Origin: Eledone cirrhosa
Taxonomy: Eukaryota
Assembly (NCBI GenBank): GCA_964016885.1
Contig: OZ024747.1
Coordinates: 11,532,001-11,596,000 of the forward strand
Direction of reading: 5' to 3'
DNA length: 64,000 nt
Shown here: positions 1 through 12,624 of the stretch, one piece after another
How the letters are laid out: every line of letters begins with the position of its first letter
How positions within the stretch are numbered: the stretch's first letter is position 1
The notes under the pieces: model-generated
What the model saw: only the letters and a program-made list of their open reading frames with translations
The model's database searches: none
What the model was told of the DNA's origin: nothing
Program-made: the position numbers and the translations under genes

Positions 1-442
1 CATAATCTCATACATTCGATATTATCTGAGATAATTATGTGAGGTAAAGCTTTTATGTGAAAATATAATAGTATATATAGAGTAATGGTAAAGGGTTAAA
101 TGTAGGAGTAACTTTAAAGAAATAACTATTTACAGGGACAATTGTAGGGTTAGAACCCAGGACCCTGTGACTGGAAAACAACTTTCGTACTGTAGCAACA
201 CGACTAAGATAGGAAATACATTGTGTGTATGTGTGCTTATATGTTTCTGTGTGTAAATGTTAGATTTACACAGAGAAACTTTTAATAAATATACAAACAC
301 AGGCAGTGTATTATTATTATGGTTGCTAAAACAATTGTGTCTATTGTTGAAATAGTTTCTGTAGCTTGAAAAACGAGCTAACTATGGAGAAACAAATCTA
401 CACACAGACAGGCTCTAGTTTTGTTCATATTGTATTTTAATT

Positions 443-1518
443 GGGTATGGCGGCCTTGGCCTCCGGTCCCCGATCTCACTAGCTTTGCCGGCGTATCTTT
501 TGTCGGTAACCTCGTGCCACGTCCTCGTCAGCAGGGTTCTTCAAAACACAACAGAACCCTCTGTGTTCAGAGAACGTGAGGCCGCCTGTTAGACGTGGGA
601 CCAGCTGGGACTTAGTCCAGTAGACGTCCCTCCGCCTTCTCCCCCTGTTGACGTCAAGTCCCCCCAATGCACTTTGGATGCCATCCAGTGCAGCCTGGCC
701 TCAGACAGGCTCACGCACCAGCTCGACCAGCACCGCCTTGCTTGTTTTCGTGTGGCCTCCAAACCCCACAGTGGTGCCTGGCTCCATGCCCTGCCCTCCT
801 TCTCCACTGGCACGCAGCTAGACAACCATAGCCTGCGAATCGGCGTTTCCCAGAGGTTCGGCCCCCGGATCTGCCAGCCACACCAATGTCGCTGCGGTTC
901 CACCATGGACTCTTTTGGCCTCCACACGCTTTCCTGTTGCCACAGTGCCGGCCGCATTCCACGCCATGTTGCCCTCAACGAGGTCATTAAGCATGGCTTG
1001 GACGCTGCAGGCTTCCCTTCCCAGCTCGAGCCTGTAGGGCTGGATCGAGGGACGGCAAAATGCCAGATGGCATGACCATCTTCCCGTTCCGCGGTGGCAA
1101 ACCCCTTGTCTGGGATGCCACTTGCACCGACACAACCTGGTGCAGTTTGTGACTGACCCAGGTTCTGCTGCACGTCGGGCTGAGGGGGCCAAACTCCTCA
1201 AATACCGGTCGCTCTCCGACAGGTTTGCGGTCGTTCCCCTGGCAGTGGCAGTGGAGACTTCTGGTGTCCTCGGCCCCAGAGCTACCTCCTTACTCACCAC
1301 CATAGGCGCTGAGCTGGCCAGCCGTAGGTGTGAGTCCCGCGAGTTGGAGTGGCTTTTCCAGCGCGTCTCCCTTGCCGTCCTCCGGGGAAACGTCTTCTCC
1401 ATTCTGTCCGCTGGGGCTGTGGGGGGGGGGGGGATCGCGTACCAATACATTAGTTAAATACCATTCTTTCATCTGATACAACACAATAAAGACTAAAGTG
1501 TTTAAAAAAAAAAAAAAA
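443..1518 (+). mobile_element. 5'-truncated, degenerate CRE-clade non-LTR retrotransposon (RT thumb, Zn knuckle, restriction-like endonuclease)
   Basis: Frames encode GGLGLRS..LALPAYL, HSGAWL, CRC..H...[22 protein letters not shown] and FQRVSLAVLRGN. There is a stop near 589 and frameshifts near 660, 1050 and 1135; AATAAA at 1485-1490, A15 tail at 1504-1518, candidate TSD AATTGGG at 439-445 and 1517-1523. Confidence 0.85.
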
Positions 1519-1825
1519 TTGGGAGAGCAGGAGGGTCGGGGGAAGAGGATTTCAAAAGAAATATAACAGTGGAAAAGAATGAGAGCATTAATGATTTCAT
1601 TACCATATATCAACTGAAACACATTGTTTATGTTTTGAAAAATAACCAAGGAATTGGGCAGGGGCATTTAATAAAATAAACAACTTACATATTATTAAGC
1701 TGCTGTTTGGAACAAAGGTTCTTACATAAAATTATGATGAATGGTTTTTTTTAAAAATAAATGTAAACACTTAAAAATAAGCAGTTTTGTATTTAAGAAC
1801 TAGGAGTGTTTGGAACATAATTTAA

Positions 1826-2030
1826 CCCTTTAGTATTAAAACCGGTCATATCTGGCCAGAACTCTCTTACCTCTTTGTGTTTAAACCAGCCGTAACTGGC
1901 TGGTCATACTTATGTTAAGGTATTGTTCTCAAAATAAATATCAAAATTTCATAGATTCGATATTATGTAAGATAAAGTGTTTACCATGAAAATACAATAG
2001 TATATATAGAGTAATGTAAATGCTAAAGGG
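1826..2030. mobile_element. piggyBac-like MITE (TTAA TSD, CCCTTTAG...CTAAAGGG TIRs) nested in an older MITE; 1-98 is the end of another copy
   Basis: TTAA|CCCTTTAGTATT at 1822-1837 and AATGCTAAAGGG|TTAA at 2019-2034. Related TTAACCC/GGGTTAA elements occur near 42170-42410, 43130-43310 and 49116-49325. Confidence 0.65.
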
Positions 2031-2389
2031 TTAACAAAGGTTCTTACATAAAATTATGATGGAAGGTTTTTAGATAAATGTAAACACTTTAAAATAAATA
2101 GTGTTGTATCCTAAGACCAGGGGATGGTTTCAGACATTCTGGTATTGAAAGGGTGATGATGGTGGTGGTGGTGGTGGTGATGATAGTGATGAGGTGGTGA
2201 TAATGGTGGTGGTGGTGGTGGTGGTGGTGGTGGTGGTGGTGGTAGTGATGATGTCAATAGCGTGAACAACAGCAAGAATATTCTGAAACCCATTATAGAA
2301 ATATGTTTTGAGATTATGTGAACAACAACAGGTAATAATAATACTAACATTAACACAAACAATACCAACAACAACAGCATGAACAACAA

Positions 2390-3365
2390 TAAAACACAAC
2401 AACAACAACAACAAAAACAACAGTAACAATAACAACAACAACAACAACTAAAACAACAGTAACAACAACAACTAAAACAACAGTAACAACAACAACAAAA
2501 ACAACAGTAACAATAACAACAAAAACAACAGTAACAACAACAACAACAACAACTAAAACAACAGTAACAACAACAACATAAACAACAGTAACAACAACAA
2601 CAACTAAAACAACAGTAACAACAACAACAAAAACAACAGTAACAACAACAACTAAAACAACAGTAACAACAACAACAACAAAAACAACAGTAACAATAAC
2701 AACAACGAAAACAACAGTAACAACAACAACAACGAAAACAACAGTAACAACAACAACAACAAAAACAACAGTAACAACAACAACAACAAAAACAACAGTA
2801 ACAATAACAACAAAAACAACAGTAACAATAACAACAACAACAACTAAAACAACAGTAACAACAACAACAACAAAAACAACAGTAACAACAACAACAACTA
2901 AAACAACAGTAACAACAACAACAACAAAAACAACAGTAACAACAACAACAACTAAAACAACAGTAACAATAACAACAACTAAAACAACAGTAACAACAAC
3001 AAAAACAACAGTAACAATAACAACAACTAAAACAACAGTAACAACAACAACAAAAACAACAGTAACAATAACAACAACAACAACAACAGTAACAACAACA
3101 ACAAAAACAACAGTAACAATAACAACAGCAACTAAAACAATAACAACTAAAACAACAGTAACAACAACAACAACTACAACAACAACAACTACAACAACAG
3201 TAACAACAACAACAAAAACAACAGTAACAACAACTAAAACAACAGTAACAACAACAAAAACAACAATAACAACAACTAAAACAGTAACAACAACAAAAAC
3301 AACAGTAACAATAACAACAACAACAAAAACAACAGTAACAATAACAACAACAACAACAATAACAA
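2390..3365. repeat. (AAC)n compound microsatellite with AAAACAACAGTAAC units; (GGT)n at 2152-2245
   Basis: Directly visible. Confidence 0.95.
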
Positions 3366-3596
3366 GAGCTAGAGTGAGTTTCAGGGGAGGTTATGGAAAT
3401 ATAACTTTGCGCAGATATAGGTTATGAATGATATTGGGGACAATCTATAGCGTCATATCACAGATCAATGGTGTCTCTTAGCAACACTGATGGCAACAAT
3501 TTAATCTCTACCACCGGAAAAATATATTGACTTCTTTTGATGAGTCTATATAAATATATTTATACATTGGAGTAATATATATATATATAATATATA

Positions 3597-3628
<32 letters not shown>

Positions 3629-3644
3629 AATATATGTGTGTATA

Positions 3645-3870
<226 letters not shown>

Positions 3871-3964
3871 TATGTGTATATATATATATATGTGTATATA
3901 TATATATATATATAAATATATGTGTATATATATATATATGTGTATATATATATATATATATAAA

Positions 3965-3999
<35 letters not shown>

Positions 4000-4150
4000 A
4001 TATATGTGTATGTATATATATATATACATTTTCCGTTTATCGTTTTCGGTGCACCCGCCCGATTAACCCACTCGATATGCAAATTGGGCTACTCAGCCGT
4101 TAATATGCATAAGGTAAGTATATACGTTCAACAATCTGGCAGGAAGGTAT

Positions 4151-4193
4151 ACGTTGCTGACGATAGCTAACAAGCTTGAAACTAGTACAGCGT
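4151..4193 (+). ncRNA. Type I hammerhead ribozyme motif (Penelope-type, palindromic helix III)
   Basis: ACGTTG-CTGACGA-T-AGCT-AACA-AGCT-T-GAAA-CTAG-TA-CAGCGT. Helix I is 6 bp (extendable through CTGGCA/TGTCAG at 4136-4141/4199-4204), helix III palindrome ACTAGT, predicted cleavage after GUA (4187). Confidence 0.7.
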
Positions 4194-4503
4194 TCCTTTG
4201 TCAGTGTTGAACAAACGAGCAACGGTGGTTGCTAGACACTACGGCTTAATACGGGATGTTTGTTTACAAACACACCGAGCATTATAATAAATGTTCGGTG
4301 AATCCATACGTGCATATATATATGTGTGCATGTATGTATATATATATATACTACTGTATGTCGGTATACATATATGTATGTACGTGTACATACTTATATT
4401 TAAGTAACAACCGTACTAAGAGTGGGAAATGAAATATCGTTTCATTTTTTCCGTTTATATATATATAAATATATGTGTATGTATATATATATATATATAT
4501 AAA

Positions 4504-4535
<32 letters not shown>

Positions 4536-4569
4536 AATATATGTGTGTATATATATATATATATATAAA

Positions 4570-4601
<32 letters not shown>

Positions 4602-4631
4602 AATATATGTGTGTATATATATATATATAAA

Positions 4632-4663
<32 letters not shown>

Positions 4664-4664
4664 A

Positions 4665-4704
<40 letters not shown>

Positions 4705-4707
4705 GTG

Positions 4708-4745
<38 letters not shown>

Positions 4746-4751
4746 TATGTG

Positions 4752-4787
<36 letters not shown>

Positions 4788-4793
4788 TATGTG

Positions 4794-4835
<42 letters not shown>

Positions 4836-4837
4836 TA

Positions 4838-4871
<34 letters not shown>

Positions 4872-5193
4872 AATGGAAAAAATGAATCAATGAAATTTCA
4901 TTTCTCACTCTTAGTACGGCTAATACTTAAATATAAGTATGTATGTGTACATACATATATGTATACAGACGTTCAGTAGTATATATATACATACATACAT
5001 GCACATATATATATATATATATATATATGTACATATGGGTTTACCAAACATTTATTATAATGTTCGGTTTGTTTGTAAACAATCAGCCCGAATTAAGCCG
5101 TACAGTGTTCGGCAACCATCGTTGCCCTTTTGTTCAACACTGCATAAGAAAAGTATATACTTTCAAACGTTCAATCGATTGACAGGAAGGTAT

Positions 5194-5236
5194 ACGGTAC
5201 TGATGACAGCTAATAAGCTAGAAACTAGTTCATCGT
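5194..5236 (+). ncRNA. Degenerate paralogue of the 4151 hammerhead
   Basis: CTGATGA-C-AGCT-AATA-AGCT-A-GAAA-CTAG-TT; helix I is mismatched. Confidence 0.5.
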
Positions 5237-6180
5237 TCCTTTGTCAGTGTTGAACAAAAGGGCAACGATGGTTGCCGAATACTGTACGGCTTAATTCTTA
5301 TTGGCAACATGACCCTCCCAAAGTATAACAATATCGGTTTCAACACACGTTTTCAGATAAAGAATCTTGCTAAACAAATTCAGAAACGAAATATATATAT
5401 ATATAGTGTATGTTATTCAGTGAATTACTGGTGGTGGTACCAAAACAAACAGTTGATGTACAGGCAGAGTGTATATATTAATAAGAATGATGAAGTTTCA
5501 TTTACATGTAGTCAGTTTTTTATTGTGTATAGCCATGTTATACTCATTTCATAAAGGATTGTCTTAGGGTCACTCTTAGAAGTTTATCTACCTGTCTGTC
5601 TATCTATATTTTACCTCCCTATCTTATTTCTATTGTTAATAATATTTAACAATGGAGGTACTACACCAATTTATAATACCACCGGGACAAAAGTCTCTCA
5701 TGTGCATATTTTTTTAAAAAGGAAAAACAAATACACGTTAATAGTTTAATTTGATCAAAATTATTAATTTTAAATTAAAAACAAACTATTATATTTTTCT
5801 TAAAATCAGTATTGAAAATGTTAAGATTGTGTTGTCATAGAACCTCTCTAGTGTGGGAGATAGAATAACATCACCTACACTTCCTTTATTTTATTATTTC
5901 TCAAGGTAGTCACCTAGTCTGAAGTGATACAAACAGAAGAACCAATCTGTAACTGTAGCCGTCATGCAGAAATACACAAAGAAACATTGTAAATGTTAAA
6001 CTAAGTCAAGTGCAAATATAAACTCTGAGGTCAACAAGAGAACCACTTTAATACTGATCACAATAAAATACATATTGATCCCTTTATACTTAAATTAGTA
6101 ACTTGTTCTAAAGTAGTGTCTTCCCATGGAAAACCTGTTTATAGCCCTCAAATACTTACATGTTTTTTTATTTCTTCTTC

Positions 6181-6430
6181 TATGACAGATTGGAAACATT
6201 TTTTCACGCTCAGAGTTGCTGAAGCATGGAACAAACTACCTGCATCAGTTGTTAGCTGTTGAGACACTGCATCCTTTAAGGCCTCCATGCTTCCCGAGAT
6301 CCGCCAACAGAACAGCTAACACATACACACATGTACTTCCCTGACATTTGTGTATTATTCTATGTACTATATTGACGAGTTGTAGTGCACCTGAGCACTT
6401 TACACAATAATTTCATTATCATTATTATAT
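6181..6430 (+). mobile_element. CR1-type LINE 3' fragment with (ATT)n tail; other copies at about 8650-8780(-) and 43320-43540(-)
   Basis: Encodes HFFTLRVAEAWNKLPASVV..TASFK, a typical CR1 ORF2 end; the tail GAGTTGTAGTGCACCTGAGCAC is shared among copies. Confidence 0.7.
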
Positions 6431-6711
6431 TATCATTGGAATTTCTCAATTGGTTGTTTCACAAAAGATTATCAGCAATGACCTGACACCACACAAACCT
6501 CTATTCAACCTATTCCTTAGTTCTGATAGAACCCACGTCCACGTGTGCGTGCGTTCTTCTTCTTCTTCTTCACCATCACCATCACCATCCATCCATCCAT
6601 CTATCTATCTATCTATCTATACAGAGAGACTGGCAGTGAGAGAGAGCAATATCTTGAAATTTTTGTTTTCATAGATTGTAGGCAAAAGCTTGTGGGTTTA
6701 GATAAAGTTGC

Positions 6712-7175
6712 CACCTGGGTATATAGCACCATAGTTTAGCACTATAATATGTAGCTGGGTATATAGCACCATAGTTTAGCTCTACAATATGTACCTGGGT
6801 ATATAGCATGCTAGTTTAGCTCTACAATATGTACCTGGGTATATAGCATGCTAGTTTAGCTCTACAATATGTACCTGGGTATTTAGCACCCTAGTTTAAC
6901 TCTACAATATGTGTATGGGTATTCAGCACGCTAGTTTAGTACTATAATGTCTACCTGGGTACTTAGCATCCTAGTTTAGCTCTAGAATGTTTCTGGGTAT
7001 TTAGCACCGTAGGCTAGCTCTACAATGTATACCTTGGTATTTAGCACCCTAGGCTAGCTTTACAATATATACCTGGGTATTTAGCACCCTCGGCTAGCTT
7101 TACAATATATACCTGGGTATTTAGCACCCTAGTTTAGCTCTACAATATGTACCTGGGTATTTAGAACCCTAGTTA
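6712..7175. repeat. 40-bp minisatellite (GTACCTGGGTATTTAGCACCCTAGTTTAGCTCTACAATAT), about 11-12 copies
   Basis: Period 40 is visible; same unit family as 18600-19097. Confidence 0.9.
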
Positions 7176-8915
7176 GCACTCATTCTCCCAAATAAAATAA
7201 CCTCAACTTAGAGTTTGGTAATCTAACAAAATTAGTTTTTGCTCTGCCCACATTAAGGAAATGACTAAGCCTGCATTTTCCACTACACAGTCCACACCCA
7301 CCCATGCCAAATCATATGACAGCTCATAACACCATATGGCTGTCTCCACCACTTTGTATATTTCCACACTGCTGCTACACAGTGAAAATATTTATTGATT
7401 TATTTATTGATCACAGGAAATTGTTATATATTTAATTTTATAAATATGTCTAAAACTGATCCTTTAAGGTCTAGTTATGCACCTCTCTATAGTCTACACC
7501 CTCCATGACTGCCCGGTTGGCATTAATGGTAACACCAGTTCTTGGAGAGATTGTGGGTCTAGGTAATCTGAAGAAGCTCAGGGTGACTGTAGAACTTTCC
7601 CCAGTGTCATCTATGACAGGGACACAGGAAACATTCCCATATCTAACCTACATACAACAGGGAATCTTATGGGATTTTCCCCGGTGTGATCTATGATAGG
7701 GGTCAGGGGAACACAGGGAACAGTCCCATAGCTAACCTGAAATAAATACAGTTTTCTTGAGATGATGTTTTTTTCCAAGTTTAATTAACGTGAAGCATTA
7801 ATCACACCTGTACCAGGTAAGATAAGGTGAGGTGAGGTGGCTGACTGGTTTAACAACATTCTTACTTTGGTGGCCATTTGAAGGAGATGAGGAGATGACT
7901 GTGTGTGAATGTGTGTGTGAGGGTGTGTATATGTGTGAGTGTGTGTGTGTGTGTGACTGCGTATGTGAATGTTTGTGTATGTGAATGTCTGTGTATGCAT
8001 GCAGGTGTGGTGGCAGTGGTGTTCTCTCTTTTTATCTCTTGTATCATCATTTTATGTCTACTGTCCCTGTTGGCATGGGTTGGATGGGTTATCATGGGTC
8101 AGGGAGCCATATCATGCCCATGGTTTCTATGGTTGGATGCCCTTTCTTAATGTCAATTTTTACACAATGTACCTCAGAGCATTTTATGATTACCAGCTTT
8201 TTCAACAAACCAGATTAATCATTTCATATTCATTTTAACATTATATATTAAGTGTAAAATATAATAATAATAATAATAATAATAATGATTTCTTTATTAA
8301 CCACAAGGGTTTACATAAAGTAGACATTAAGGACAGTGCAGGACAATGCAGGACGGTACAAATGGGCATTTCTGCGTGTAAAAAACAAAAACAGAGGATG
8401 TAACAAAAAATAACAATGAAAAATTCCCCAATAGGGGGGAGACTTCGGAGGGACATTTGTGGAGAAAGCCCAGTAAAAAGCCACAATGACCCTGACCACC
8501 AAGGCAAGTGCCCTCTCCCAGTTTTCCACCTTTAATTTACAGATATATGCTCAGAGTAGGCCCATTCACTCGGGCCATTCTTGCTTCTCTCACCCATCTT
8601 TCAACAAAATGCTGGGAAGAGAGCACTTCCCTCTCTACTCTGATTTTATTGAAATTATTGTGTACAGTGTTCAGGTGCACTACAACTCATCAAAGGTGCA
8701 TCTATAGTACATAGATTAATATACAAATGTCAGAGAAGTGAATAGTGTATGAGTCATGATATATTTAAATCATTCTCATAATCATCATCATTTAATTTTT
8801 GCATGCTAGCATGGATTAGACAGGCTGCTCTTTTGTTCCAAGCCAAGTCTGATGATGATGTCTTATTAAATTAAACAAATATGAAATAGTTGAACAAGTT
8901 TGAAAGTCACTAATC

Positions 8916-9250
8916 ATCATCATCATCATTTTACGTCCACTTTTCCCTGCTTGCAAGGGTGGACAGGAACTGACTCTGGCTTGATTTCTACAGCTGGATG
9001 CCCTTCCTAACACCAACCTCATTTACAGTGAGTACTGGGTGCTTTTTTGCCGTGGCACCTCCACGACCACTTTAAAGTGGAATGATATAGACCCCAGTCC
9101 TTATCATCTCATTTCTACAGCTGAGTAAACTGGAGCAATGTGAAATAAAGTGTCTTGCTCAAGGAAACAACACATCACCGGTCTGAGAATTGAACTCACA
9201 ACCTTTTGATTGCAAGCCCAATGCTCTAACCACTAAGCCATGCGCCTCCA
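8916..9250 (-). mobile_element. tRNA-derived CORE-like SINE with RTE-type (GAT)n tail (family B); other copies at about 10195-10455, 44068-44230, 46990-47330, 52515-52790, 59057-59330, 61545-61720, 62066-62372, 63122-63720
   Basis: The minus strand reads A-box TGGCTTAGTGG, B-box GTTCAATTC, central CCTTGAGCAAGACACTTT, and tail GTTAGGAAGGGCATCCAGCTGTAGAAA...GGACGTAAAATGATGATG. Confidence 0.75.
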
Positions 9251-9477
9251 TATATATGTGTAAAACTATATGCCAATCACTGATTCATTGCACAGTGATA
9301 TGATACTCCATACTTCTAGGTTATCACACACTGCCATAACAGGTATTAATTTACACAAAATATTTCTAAACATTCTTCTATCATTATTAGTCATGATTGT
9401 GGCAAAGGTAAGAACATGAGAAGGAATAAAGATGCATATCGTGATACTGGTGTGAGTGTCTAGTCATTATCTATCTC

Positions 9478-9509
<32 letters not shown>

Positions 9510-10147
9510 CGGACATTGAAACAGTTCTGCACGCAATTGTACACTGCCCGGGCGTAACCGACCTGTGGAACTATGCAGAACAACTGCTGTCGCATATGGG
9601 ACAAATCCAGTTGACTGCAGAGTCCATAGTAAGGATCAAACCGCCAGCCTCTTTCAAAAACGAAAGAGAAGCGGTTTTCCTCTGTACAGTGGCTATGGTG
9701 AAAGAAGTTATATGGTGGATGAGGTTGAGAGGACTGAGGACAGATGCCTTTCTCTCCGGACAACAATTGATTCCCTTCTTTAAGTATCACTTTAGAAGGA
9801 GAATCAGGGTGGAAAGAGAGGCACTGCACCCCAGTAAATTTACTGAAAGGTGGGTGAATGAAGCGAAAATGGCCCGAGTGATTGGGCCTTCTCTGTTTAT
9901 AAGCCTGTAGGTTAAAGAAGAGAGCAAAAGGAAGAAAGGAGCATTTGCACAACATGCTCCTGGAGATGAGGGTTGTTCTATCGATGGGGTATTAAACAAC
10001 CCATTTGTGGCGCCTCCCCCCTATTGGGGATTTCAATTGTTGTAATTATTTGTTTTTATATTTTTTACACGACTGTATGTAAAATCCCCAGCATGTCTTT
10101 GTATTGTCCCCTTTTCTTGTTGCGCCCTTGTGGCTAATAAAGAAATC
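9510..10147 (+). mobile_element. Tx1/L1-clade LINE 3' fragment inserted in (ATCT)n
   Basis: Encodes ETVLHAIVHC..LWNYAEQLL...ERWVNEAKMARV; ends AATAAAGAAAT followed by ATCT/ACCT repeats. A related fragment is at 8289-8645(-). Confidence 0.75.
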
Positions 10148-10469
10148 TATCTACCTATCTATCCGTGTTTGTGTGTAAATATATGTATATATCATCATCA
10201 TCATCATCATTTTACGTCCGCTTTTCCCTGCTTGCAAGGGTGGGATGGGAACTGATTCTGGCTTGATTTCTACAGCTGGATGCCCTTCCTAACGCCAACC
10301 TCATTTACACTGAGTGCTGGGTGCTTTTCTTTTCCATGGCACCTCCACGACCACTTTGCAGTGGAATGATAGGGACCCCAGTCCTATCATCTCATTTCTA
10401 CAGCTGAGTAAACTGGAGCAATGTGAAATAAAGTGTCTTGCTCAAGGAAACAACATATATATATATATA

Positions 10470-12400
10470 ATAGAATAATCGAGTATCGGAAAATCAGCTC
10501 ACGAATTTACGATAAACAAAATCCGACATGAGTGGCAGAGGGCTCAATAATTCAGATAAATCAGAGCTATAACTATCGTTAAGATACCAACACACAAAGA
10601 TTATGCCTAAAATCACCCGTGCAGCCGAAAAATTACGACCAGGAAGATTCGGGTCACTCAGATAAAATATCAATAAATCAATAAATCATATGAATGTAAA
10701 AAACTTACCCGGACCCACTAGAAAGGTGGTAAATCTAGCTTCTTGGGTTTCTGCTATTCCTTAATCCGCCCCCTATCAGCCCACATAAAAATATATAAGA
10801 CTTCTAGGGAGAAGAGGGACCGGAATAACTTTATCAACGGGCCATTGTCCGACGAATGAAGAAATTAACTATAGCTAAACGCACATGGAGTCTAGCAAGG
10901 GAGATAACCTCATATATACGGGATAAAAAATTATTGCTATAGGTAGTCCACTTAGATGTAGTCCAGTTAGGGTACTCTGAGTAGTGGATAGTATTAACGC
11001 TTGGCTAAGTTTGACTCAACAAGACGTTTCCATAGTGATGCTGCGAGTAAAAAAAGATGGTATGTGCACAGACATTCGATGAAGAACCGTGCACTAATAG
11101 GTTCTACAACCCTCGCCAAAAAAATCTGGAAACTTAAGGACAATAACATCAACTACAATATCAATTGGTCGAGGTTGTCGGCCGCAAGGGCATATAGCAC
11201 CGGTATGTCCTATTGTAGGCTCTGCGACCTTGAATTACTGTATATCCTTAGGAACGATAAAAGGCTACCCAACAACAAGATAGAAAGGTCAATTTTCTGC
11301 AGACACAGGATCGCTACTAAATTCACAAGATTTAAGCCACCGTGATTCAAACCAACATAACTTAGCATTCAACATATGAAATCCGCACTCTCACACAGAC
11401 CACCACAGAACTATAATATTCTTTAAGCAGCTTCTAGCCTCCTTAATTCTATATCACAGTAATGTCTGCAAATATCTTATCAACCCATAAATATATCTCT
11501 TCTCGGCTGCTGTCAGCACAACTTCCTCACTCTTGATTCTCAACAGATGAACTTAATTCCAAGTACATTATTTGACTACTACCACAGTCCTTGAAATATC
11601 ACCTTCGTTGTTATAATGACCATCCCAATGTATCCGTAATTGTAGTCATTATGTTCTCTCTATATATACCTTGCTTCTTAACCTCTGTATTAACTTACTT
11701 ACTGTATTGCTGTTATTATTATCATTATTATTGTTGTCTTATCCATGCATGATGTGTTATTGATGCTGTGAAAGCCAAACAACCCCATGATTCGAACTAA
11801 CAATCCCTTCATCTAATATAGACCACTTAAATAATGAATCAGCTTTACACCACATAAATATTACCATCCTCACTACAATGAAAATATTTTATCTGTCAGA
11901 TAATAAATAAACAAACCTACAGTAAAGTAAATGGTCCACTGTTTCAAGCCCCAGGTTATCTCTACACTATATATAATACACCCCATGACAGCTTTTACAT
12001 GTCAATTTCATACATCTGCTTCATATCAGCTCGTTTTACATGCTAAAGTCATCAGTATACTCTATGTCTTACTTAGATTGATGTTGTGATTATTTTAAAT
12101 ATTTACGGTCTAGCTAATTTATTGTAGTATTGCTAGTATTGTTAGTATTATTATTATTGTTCTGATTTAATGCCACTACTATGTATAGAAGCCATGCCTG
12201 TGTATTCCCTTCCTTCTCGCACGCTCTGATGAATTGTCTGGTTATAACAAAGTATTGGTGATCGATTGACGCAAAAACAGGCGGGTAGCGATCTCTAGAC
12301 CCACCAGTTCAGAGAAACAATTGTCAGCAATGTGAATAAAGCCCTTATTGTATAGCAAACCATGTCTCTCTTCCTTCTTGATTTATTATATATATACATA
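10470..12400 (+). mobile_element. Internally deleted Penelope-like element (GIY-YIG C-terminal half, likely Naiad/Neptune-type) with a long 3' UTR and hammerhead
   Basis: ORF 11001-11345 contains KKRWYVH..STTLAKKIWKLKD..INW..CRLC..E..N..CRHR, typical of PLE endonuclease ends. Hammerhead core at 12226-12325, AATAAA at 12335-12340, flanked by TA runs. Confidence 0.8.
12223..12328 (+). ncRNA. Hammerhead motif with an approximately 80-nt helix II insertion
   Basis: GCT-CTGATGA...GAAA-CAATTG-TC-AGC; helix III palindrome ACAATTGT, GUC cleavage triplet at 12323-12325, helix I GCT/AGC. Confidence 0.55.
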
Positions 12401-12467
12401 TATATATTGTTATATGGTGAGAATGTTGTTATCTATTGTTATCTATCTAGTTATGTGTGTGTGTATG

Positions 12468-12502
<35 letters not shown>

Positions 12503-12519
12503 ATTTGTGTGTGTGTATG

Positions 12520-12594
<75 letters not shown>

Positions 12595-12624
12595 ATTTGT
12601 GTGTGTGTATGTATATATATATAT

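Larger units (their letters stand above)
4027..5297. mobile_element. Two copies of a Penelope-like pLTR/retrozyme-like element in (TA)n tracts, the second with an inverted arm
   Basis: 4871-5142 is the reverse complement of about 4203-4455, and 5143-5296 is a direct copy of about 4107-4250. Both carry hammerhead cores. Another copy starts at the window end (about 63895-63950). Confidence 0.7.

Noticed and set aside
589-1450. Minus-strand ORFs of 194 and 210 aa
   Set aside because: Antisense shadows of the GC-rich CRE retrotransposon coding strand.
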